DNA of 64,000 nucleotides from Eledone cirrhosa (Eukaryota): NCBI GenBank assembly GCA_964016885.1, contig OZ024747.1, positions 22,506,001 to 22,570,000 of the forward strand, read 5' to 3'. Shown piece by piece: positions 54,981 to 64,000 of this stretch (position 1 is its first letter; each line of letters starts with the position of its first letter). The notes under the pieces were generated by a model. It saw only the letters and a program-made list of their open reading frames with translations, ran no database searches and was not told where the DNA came from. The position numbers and the translations under genes were made by a program.

Positions 54981-55687
54981 AATAGCTATACCCATTTTCA
55001 CAAGAGAAGACATCTCTCACCCACCCCCAAAGTAGGAGGGAAATCTCCCCGTCCGACGGGGAGAGTTGACATGCCTGTCAAAAGGAAAACAATAGGAATA
55101 ACAATAACAATAATTGTAATAGATAATCATAATAACAATAGAAAACAATAACAAATGTCAACTTGGAAAGGTTCCTCAATAAAGGAAATGGACTGCGCTT
55201 TAGGGTAATTCCAGGGAAAACCCTATACAAAACCCCAGATTACTGTATCGCCCCGCGGGTATTGAAAGTGCCCTCTTTTGGTTTCTTTCCTCATGCTTAG
55301 AAAAACATAATCAGAGTAGAACCAATCACCTTCGTCAATCTCGTTGCTATTGCCTATTTTTCATAAAACACACTAGAAGGAAACACCCCCCTCTCTCACC
55401 TCACCTTTCTCTTCAATAATAATAATAACAGTAATAAGAAGGATAATAATAAGCGATTCGGCTATTTACAATCAAACGAAATTTTAGACTTGCTTCTGGC
55501 TGAAAGAGTTAACTGTCAGTCTTTTGTTCTAAGCTTAAAGTTATCAGATCGCATGTAGATTTGTTAGTCGTCTTGTACTTCCGTATTACATTGCCTCTTA
55601 ACCTTTCTCACGGCCAACAAAACTGTAATGAACTATTGTTTTAATTAACAAATGAGGTGGCGAATGGGTTGTTTTCAAAAGCGGTCA

Positions 55688-55694
55688 ATAAATA
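55688..55694 (+). promoter_or_regulatory. Candidate TATA-like box (ATAAATA) of the antistasin-family gene
   Basis: CAATAAATACAGC about 95 bp upstream of the ATG, in non-repetitive sequence. Confidence 0.4.
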
Positions 55695-55785
55695 CAGCAA
55701 GTCTCCAACCAATCCTAAACCTCGAGTTTATTAGCAGTAAGAAAACATCTAAGCAAGTTTTGCCAGTTTACCTACACAGTTCAAT

Positions 55786-55840
55786 ATGACCAGAATCGTC
55801 GTGTGTTTGATAGTATTTTCTCTTCTGACCATCTCTTTAT
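55786..55840 (+). CDS. Antistasin-family inhibitor, exon 1 (signal peptide MTRIVVCLIVFSLLTISL + 1 nt)
   Basis: AATATGA start context, 18 codons with a basic residue then a hydrophobic core, and a phase-1 donor T|GTGAGT. Confidence 0.85.
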
Positions 55841-56318
55841 GTGAGTACACAGCAATTATTTCGTCTGCATTATCTTCTATTGATTTGTAACTTTAAAACA
55901 AATATATATACGAAACCGTTGTCCGTAAATGGCCAAATTTATAACATGTTTTCCTTTGAATTTTCAATATTCACGTTCTTATACAGTTTACACAGTGAAT
56001 GTGAAACAACTTTTATTTTCTGATAGAAGTGTTATCTTATATTTAAGTCGTTTCATATAGTCAATAAGTTTATAAGGTTATGTGTGTGTGTGTATTGTTC
56101 TAGTTTCAGTATTTTATAAAATTTTACCAATATATATATATAGAGAGAGAGCTAGTTTCTAACATTGACACAAGACTCTTTCATTGGAATTTAGACATCA
56201 ACCAGGTAAATATGTATGTATGTCTGTGTATGTGTGTTATTGTATGTGTGGATCTGTATGTTTTGAGTTATATGTGTGCATGCACATATGCTTTGTATCT
56301 GTATATGTGTATATGCTG

Positions 56319-56790
56319 TTATTGCATGCAAAGTTTTTGGAATGTTTTACATATTTTTACTGTTCCATTAATGGATTGTACTTGTAATTTCCTAACTAGT
56401 GTTCTTTCTGTTTCTGTGAAGCCCAGCTTCTCAAGATTTGTACTAAGGTAGTTACTAACATATCTCAGTGCTCCAATAATTACAGGTATAAATCTGAAGG
56501 TATAGTCAGGGTGGAGTATCTGCAGATTCCACATTAGTTCTGCAAAGATATTCTCCTTTTCGCTAATCTTTAATATTATATTGGCATTTGCTGGGCAGCT
56601 GAATTCCACTACAGAGCATGCCTTCTTTTCCCTGTCCCATATCATTATATCTGGTCTGTTATGCTTACATTTTTGGGGGGTTTTGACTGGAACATTCCGC
56701 CAATAGAATAGTTTTTCATATTATGTATGTATATGTCTTCCACATTTCTGTAACTTGTAATGTTTATTGTCGAGGCTATCTTTTCTACGG
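56319..56790 (-). mobile_element. Dong/R4-type LINE 3' fragment (restriction-like endonuclease domain), in intron 1
   Basis: YWRNVPVKTPQKCKHNRPDIMIWDREKKACSVVEFSCP...EKENIFAEL...FIPVIIGALRYV...GTVKICKTF shows the RPD...E...K REL-endonuclease signature. Confidence 0.88.
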
Positions 56791-56916
56791 TGTATGTATG
56801 TATGTAAGTAGGCAAGTATGTATGTATGTAAGCATGCATACATGCATGTATAGATATATGAATGTATGTATATATTTATATATATGTATGTCTGCATATA
56901 TATGTGTATATATGAA

Positions 56917-57242
56917 TGGAGGCACATGGCTTGGAGGCACATGGCAATCGAAAGGTTGTGAGTTCAATTCTCAGACTGGGTGATGTGTTGTTTCCTTGAG
57001 CAAGACACTTTATTTCACATTGCTCCAGTTTACTCAGTTGTAGAAATGAGATGATATGGACTGGGGTCACTATCATTCCACTGCAAAGTGGTCGTGGAGG
57101 TGCCACGGCAAAAAAGCACCCAGCACTCACTGTAAATGAGGCTGGTGTTAGGAAGGGCATCCGGCTGTAGAAATCAAGCCAGAATCAGTTCCCGTCCCAC
57201 CCTGGCAAGCAGGGAAAAGTGGACGTAAAAATGATGATGATA
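56917..57242 (+). mobile_element. tRNA-headed SINE with RTE-type tail (inverted near-copy of 50586-50926)
   Basis: Same body and junctions. The head carries a small duplication, GGAGGCACATGGC twice. Confidence 0.85.
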
Positions 57243-57732
57243 TATATATCGTTTGTACATCCGCTTTTCCATGCTTGCATGGCTATATATACTACACACA
57301 CACACATATATATGTAAGTAATGTAAGTATATGAAGTTAAAATTGTATACATACCGAATAGAAGTAACTGAAACTGCGTAAATGTACATAGACGCATAAA
57401 CATACCAAATGTATGTATTTCCTTGTAAATTGAAAAAAACAATGATTAGCACCTTTTATTGATTTTCAGACCAAATCGGGTCCTTCATCAGAAGGGGTGT
57501 ATATCATCAAAAGAACCACAATGAAATACATAATCAAGGGGTTTATATATCCTATCATTTATAGTAGTATCCTGCAATGGGCATACTAATTTGCATATTA
57601 TTAGCTCTTGTGTTGTTAGTTATAAGATGCCAAGCAACCAAAGTATACAAGGAAGTTACATTTATGTAGTCTCAGCTGCCTTTATTCTGTATATATAGAT
57701 ATAGCTTCATTGTACACTTTGGTTTCTTATAT

Positions 57733-57806
57733 TGGGGTCGATAAAATAAAGTACCAGTAATACACTGGAATAATTGCTGGCCTTGTACCAAAAGTAGAAA
57801 CAATTA
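57733..57806 (+). mobile_element. 3' fragment of the deleted Meta/MESC SINE variant
   Basis: GGGGTCGATAAAATAAAGTACCAGTAATACACTGGAATAATTGCTGGCCTTGTACCAAAAGTAGAAACA. Confidence 0.75.
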
Positions 57807-57824
57807 TATATATAAAATTAGGAT

Positions 57825-57861
<37 letters not shown>

Positions 57862-58231
57862 CACACACATATACACATATATATATATATATATACACAT
57901 CTAAACACTACTGTACTAGGTGTATCATATGTCTGCACATTCAACTATACAACTGCAGAGCCTCTGTGCAATCACACAACCTGCTAGAAATAGAAGTCAA
58001 ATCACTCGCAAATCACACTCTACCATCTTAAATAAAGGACACATTGGGTAAATTAGTCACCTAGACACCCTTAAAAAGAAGGAATATTCATGGCTTGAAT
58101 ACCTTTGATCATAGGTCTACTCAACCTGAGTTGATAAGTAGCACACACACACATTCATAATCTAATATCTATTTTTCCCTGCTAGGGAGGGTTGAGTAAC
58201 AAACTAAAACAAACCACTTCTTTTATTAAAG

Positions 58232-58361
58232 GTAACACTAAGTCTTTCATCATTGATCGGACAAAATATGATATAATTAAAAAGTGCGGTCCTGTCTGTA
58301 TGATGTTCTGTGAATATGGTAATGTGCTGAACAAATATGGCTGCCCGACATGTAAATGCAA
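58232..58361 (+). CDS. Antistasin-family inhibitor, exon 2: (C)NTKSFIIDRTKYDIIKKCGPVCMMFCEYGNVLNKYGCPTCKC(K)
   Basis: Acceptor CACTTCTTTTATTAAAG| (phase 1, compatible with exon 1) and donor AA|GTGAGT (phase 2). Six-Cys pattern C-x3-C-x3-C-x2-G-x6-GC-x2-C-x-C of the antistasin domain. Confidence 0.9.
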
Positions 58362-58569
58362 GTGAGTAGAGCCAGTTTTTATATTTCAGTATTATTCATT
58401 TCAAATTGTTTTATACCTTTATTAAATTGTTTTATACCTCAATACAAAGAAACATCTATACTAAAGGAAGGAGAAAACCCTCACATGTTGGCCAAATTTG
58501 ACTAGAATTCAAAGTTAAAACCACTGACTGAGTTCTCTGAAAATCTATATGGATAAAATGGTTTAAGTC

Positions 58570-58760
58570 TTTAGCATTTAAGCCGGCCGTATCCAGCCAG
58601 AATTTTCTCACCTCTTTCTGTTCAAGCCTGCCATAACCAGCTGCTCATATTTATGTTAAGGTATTGTTCTCAAAATAAATAATATCAAAATCTCGTAGAT
58701 TCAATATTATGTGAGATAAAGCCTTTACCATGAAAATACAATATATATAGAATAACTGTA
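58570..58760. mobile_element. piggyBac-type MITE copy (same family as 472-643) with eroded ends
   Basis: TTTAGCATTTAAGCCGGCCGTATCCAGCCAGAATTTTCTCACCTCTTTCTGTTCAAG... Confidence 0.75.
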
Positions 58761-59004
58761 ATTTAGCTAAACAAAGTAAAAAAAGGACTCTTCAGATATC
58801 TCAAAGACATGACAACCCCCTTGTATTTGTTCTATGATAAAATGCAACCGGTGTACTCTATTGTATGTGAGAACATATATAAATCAGATGTGCCCCCTGG
58901 CCTATCTGAAAGGTCTGTAGCTCTAATTTAGTACTGACTTGGTCTTTGACAACCTATCCAAACCTTGCTCGCAGGGAAAATGGATGTTAAATGATGACGA
59001 CAAC

Positions 59005-59035
<31 letters not shown>

Positions 59036-59123
59036 ATTACATACTTATGAATTTGTAAAATTAACGATTCGTTGATACAAATTTTATTGTAGCCCAAAGA
59101 ATCACACGGCCATAAATAATGCA

Positions 59124-62100
59124 CACTGGTTATATTTCACAACTGGTTACATTTCACAGCTGGTTATATTTCACAGCTGGTTATATTTCACAGCTGGTTA
59201 TATTTCACAGCTTGTTATATTTCACAGCTGGTTATATTTCACAGCTGGTTATATTTCACAGCTGGTTATATTTCACAGCTGGTTATATTTCACAACTGGT
59301 TACATTTCACAGCTTGTTATATTTCACAGCTGGTTATATTTCACAGCTGGTTATATTTCACAGCTTGTTATATTTCACAGCTGGTTATATTTCACAGCTG
59401 GTTATATTTCACAGCTTGTTATATTTCACAGCTGGTTATATTTCACAACTGGTTACATTTCACAGCTTGTTATATTTCACAGCTGGTTATATTTCACAGC
59501 TGGTTATATTTCACAGCTGGTTATATTTCACAACTGGTTATATTCCACAACGGGTTATATTTCACAGCTGGTTATATTTCACAGCTTGTTATATTTCACA
59601 GCTGGTTATATTTCACAACTGGTTACATTTCACAGCTTGTTATATTTCACAACTGGTCATATTTCACAGCTGGTTATATTTCACAGCTTGTTATATTTCA
59701 CAGCTGGTTATATTTCACAACTGGTTACATTTCACAGCTTGTTATATTTCACAGCTTGTTATATTTCACAACTGGTTATATTTCACAACTGGTTACATTT
59801 CACAGCTTGTTATATTTCACAACTGGTCATATTTCACAGCTGGTTATATTTCACAGCTTGTTATATTTCACAGCTGGTTATATTTCACAACTGGTTACAT
59901 TTCACAGCTTGTTATATTTCACAACTGGTCATATTTCACAGCTGGTTATATTTCACAGCTTGTTATATTTCACAGCTGGTTATATTTCACAACTGGTTAC
60001 ATTTCACAGCTTGTTATATTTCACAACTGGTCATATTTCACAGCTGGTTATATTTCACAGCTTGTTATATTTCACAGCTGGTTATATTTCACAACTGGTT
60101 ACATTTCACAGCTTGTTATATTTCACAACTGGTCATATTTCACAGCTTGTTATATTTCACAGCTGGTTATATTTCACAGCTGGTTATATTTCACAACTGG
60201 TTACATTTCACAGCTTGTTATATTTCACAACTGGTCATATTTCACAGCTGGTTATATTTCACAGCTTGTTATATTTCACAGCTGGTTATATTTCACAACT
60301 GGTTACATTTCACAGCTTGTTATATTTCACAACTGGTCATATTTCACAGCTGGTTATATTTCACAGCTTGTTATATTTCACAGCTGGTTATATTTCACAA
60401 CTGGTTACATTTCACAGCTTGTTATATTTCACAGCTGGTTATATTTCACAGCTGGTTATATTTCACAGCTTGTTATATTTCACAGCTGGTTATATTTCAC
60501 AGCTGGTTATATTTCACAGCTTGTTATATTTCACAGCTGGTTATATTTCACAGCTGGTTATATTTCACAGCTTGTTATATTTCACAGCTGGTTATATTTC
60601 ACAGCTGGTTATATTTCACAGCTTGTTATATTTCACAGCTGGTTATATTTCACAACTGGTTACATTTCACAGCTTGTTATATTTCACAACTGGTCATATT
60701 TCACAGCTGGTTATATTTCACAGCTTGTTATATTTCACAGCTGGTTATATTTCACAACTGGTTACATTTCACAGCTTGTTATATTTCACAGCTTGTTATA
60801 TTTCACAACTGGTTATATTTCACAACTGGTTACATTTCACAGCTTGTTATATTTCACAACTGGTCATATTTCACAGCTGGTTATATTTCACAGCTTGTTA
60901 TATTTCACAGCTGGTTATATTTCACAACTGGTTACATTTCACAGCTTGTTATATTTCACAACTGGTCATATTTCACAGCTGGTTATATTTCACAGCTTGT
61001 TATATTTCACAGCTGGTTATATTTCACAACTGGTTACATTTCACAGCTTGTTATATTTCACAACTGGTCATATTTCACAGCTGGTTATATTTCACAGCTT
61101 GTTATATTTCACAGCTGGTTATATTTCACAACTGGTTACATTTCACAGCTTGTTATATTTCACAGCTTGTTATATTTCACAACTGGTTATATTTCACAAC
61201 TGGTTACATTTCACAGCTTGTTATATTTCACAACTGGTCATATTTCACAGCTGGTTATATTTCACAGCTTGTTATATTTCACAGCTGGTTATATTTCACA
61301 ACTGGTTACATTTCACAGCTTGTTATATTTCACAACTGGTCATATTTCACAGCTGGTTATATTTCACAGCTTGTTATATTTCACAGCTGGTTATATTTCA
61401 CAACTGGTTACATTTCACAGCTTGTTATATTTCACAGCTTGTTATATTTCACAACTGGTTATATTTCACAACTGGTTACATTTCACAGCTTGTTATATTT
61501 CACAACTGGTCATATTTCACAGCTGGTTATATTTCACAGCTTGTTATATTTCACAGCTGGTTATATTTCACAACTGGTTACATTTCACAGCTTGTTATAT
61601 TTCACAGCTTGTTATATTTCACAACTGGTTATATTTCACAACTGGTTACATTTCACAGCTGGTTATATTTCACAGCTGGTTATATTTCACCAGTGGTTAT
61701 ATTTTACAACTGGTCATATTTCACAACTGGTTATATTTCACAGCTGGTTATATTCCACAACTGGTCATATTTCACAACTGGTTATATTTCACAGCTGGTT
61801 ATATTTCACAACTGGTCATATTTCACAACTGGTTATATTTCACAACGGGTTATATTTCACAACTGGTTATATTCCACAACTGGTTATATTCCACAACGGG
61901 TTATATTTCACAACGGGTTATATTTCACAACTGGTTATATTTCACAACTGGTTATATTTCACAACTGGTTATATTTCACAACGGGTTATATTTCACAACT
62001 GGTTATATTCCACAACTGGTCATATTTCACAACTGGTTATATTTCACAGCTGGTTATATTTCACAACTGGTCATATTTCACAACTGGTTATATTTCACAA

Positions 62101-62870
62101 CGGGTTATATTTCACAACTGGTTATATTTCACAGCTGGTTATATTCCACAACTGGTTATATTCCACAACTGGTTATATTCCACAACTTGTTATATTTCAC
62201 AACTGGTTATATTCCACAACTGGTTATATTTCACAACTGGTTATATTTCACAACTGGTCATATTTCACAGCTGGTTATATTTCACAACTAGTTATATTTC
62301 ACAACTGGTTATATTTCACCAGTGGTTATATTTCACAACTGGTCATATTTCACAACTGGTTATATTTCACAGCTGGTTATATTCCACAGCTGGTTATATT
62401 TCACCAGTGGTTATATTTTACAACTGGTCATATTTCACAACTGGTTATATTTCACAACTGGTGATATTTCACAGCTGGTTATATTTCACCAGTGGTTATA
62501 TTTTACAACTGGTCATATTTCACAACTGGTTATATTCCACAACTGGTTATATTCCACAGCTGGTTATATTTCACAACTGGTTACATTTCACAGCTGGTTA
62601 TATTTCACAACTGGTTCTACTTCACAGCTGGTTATATTTCACTACTGGTCATATTTCACAACCGGTTATATTTCACAGCTGGTTATATTTAACCAGTGGT
62701 TATATTTTACAACTGGTTATATTTCACAACTGGTTATATTTCACAGTTGGTTATATTTTACAGCTGGTTATTATCCACCAGTGGTTATATTTTACAACTG
62801 ATCATATTTCACAACTGGTTATATTTCGCAACTGGTTATATTCCACAGTTAGTTATATTTTACCAACAAC
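59124..62870. repeat. 17-bp satellite CTGGTTATATTTCACA(G/A), about 220 units, with 102-bp (6-mer) higher-order structure
   Basis: Tandem array in which the GGTTACATTT variant recurs every 102 bp through about 59790-60400. Units diverge towards the 3' end. Confidence 0.97.
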
Positions 62871-63246
62871 TGTCAAAGATGAGAAACTAATATCCAAGAC
62901 CATTTCATAACTTGCCTGAAATTTTAGGTTTATTTATTATTTATTTACCATCAAACCAGATTAGCAAAACATTCTAGAAAAGCACAAAACAGTACAATAT
63001 CTCATTAAAAAATATACTCTTTATTTTTGTTCACAAAATGTTCAATATCTCATTAAAAAATATACTCTTTATTTTTGCTCACAATGATCTGTCCACTAGA
63101 AAAAATACTATAAGCAATTGAATTAACAAACCTACATTTCGATATTTTCTGCTAAATCATTGCAGGAGGTTAAGAGTTAATCAAAATTTACCACTAAAAG
63201 TTGTTATTTTTACTATAACCTTATCTTCTTGTTTTTATCATTTCAG

Positions 63247-63268
63247 GCGGAAGACCCATTTTACATAA
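63247..63268 (+). CDS. Antistasin-family inhibitor, probable terminal coding exon: (K)RKTHFT*
   Basis: Strong acceptor TTATCTTCTTGTTTTTATCATTTCAG|. The phase-2 join with exon 2 gives AAG CGG AAG ACC CAT TTT ACA TAA. Candidate AATAAA at 63511. Confidence 0.55.
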
Positions 63269-63789
63269 AAACGATCATTGATTGTTACCTCGAAATGTGA
63301 CTCTAACAAGTAAATATATATGATGATCACGATGATGATGATGTGTGATGGTGTTTGTGATGATGAACATGTTAATAATGAAGATAATAGTGGTGGTGGT
63401 GACGGTGGTAATGATGACAGTGGTAGTGATGATGAATGATAGTGGTGGTGATATGTATGATGGTGTTAATGTAAAGTAGTATTGGTGGTGGTGGTGGAGA
63501 TGATAGTGATAATAAATTATATACAATACACAGCTACTTGTTCTTTTTCTCCATCAAGAATTCTTTTTTCTTTTTTTTTTCTTTGTATACCACCACCACC
63601 AACTACAACTATTGTATTATATATCCTATGCTAGTGTGGAAGATGGACGTTAAACGAAGATGATGATGATGATGATGAATTGTGCGAGATATTTTTTATA
63701 TTAACACAAGATGTATTATGTTATAATTATCAATCCCAATAAATAATATATATCTATTGAATATAAACAAATATTTCATTTGTTGGCTC

Positions 63790-63915
63790 ATCAATTCTGT
63801 ATTTATCTTGTACTTATCAACCTTGAAAGGACGAAAGTCAAAGTTGACCTCAGTGAGATTTGAACACAGCATACAGAGAGATGGAATACTGTTCACAGTT
63901 TAAACCGATGCTCAA
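63790..63915 (-). mobile_element. Diverged Meta/MESC-domain SINE remnant
   Basis: TTATCAACCTTGAAAGGACGAAAGTCAAAGTTGACCTCAGTGAGATTTGAAC. Confidence 0.65.
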
Positions 63916-64000
63916 CTTTAACCCTTTAGTATTTACATAACTCTATATATAATATTGTATTTTTGTGGTAAACACTTTATCTCACATAATATCGAATCTA

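Noticed and set aside
57470-57560. Extra antistasin-gene exon after TTTTATTGATTTTCAG
   Set aside because: No convincing donor before an in-frame stop. The sequence is better explained as a hammerhead-like repeat relic on the other strand.
59119-62910. 1263-aa ORF as a real repetitive protein
   Set aside because: The unit is 17 bp (not a multiple of 3), so all three frames give the same 17-aa cycle. Variation is not codon-constrained, and the array lies in a predicted intron.
62995-63085. Two-copy ~47-bp direct repeat
   Set aside because: Real but a simple local tandem duplication in AT-rich intron sequence, with no sign of function.

Overview
Repeat-dominated eukaryotic DNA. The SINE, LINE and MITE families and the microsatellite content look like an octopod cephalopod (Octopus-type) genome; this is inferred, not verified. 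About 41 kb (9187-50215) is one 27-bp satellite with a fold-back inversion at about 22450, a 200-N gap and two near-identical embedded SINEs. Two small spliced genes for secreted peptides sit on the flanks and are transcribed divergently; the ORF track misses or only partly captures both. (1) A minus-strand gene encodes MKLFILFLLSSCLVVEHTHG-LPDLAGIIAGLSGNTIELLKR-VTIPILDTQIGFLRTHMENLLSFFKGSEGD..., an unrecognised cysteine-free, probably helical precursor whose 3' end is unresolved. (2) A plus-strand three-exon gene encodes an approximately 68-aa single-domain antistasin-family protease inhibitor with a guamerin-like Met P1. The rest is a deleted maT (DD37D) Tc1/mariner copy, RTE, CR1, Tx1/L1 and Dong/R4 LINE fragments, piggyBac- and hAT-type MITEs, tRNA-derived SINEs, and tandem repeats with 17-, 23/46-, ~40-, 61- and 149-bp units. 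Nearly all long ORFs in the track are repeat artefacts.
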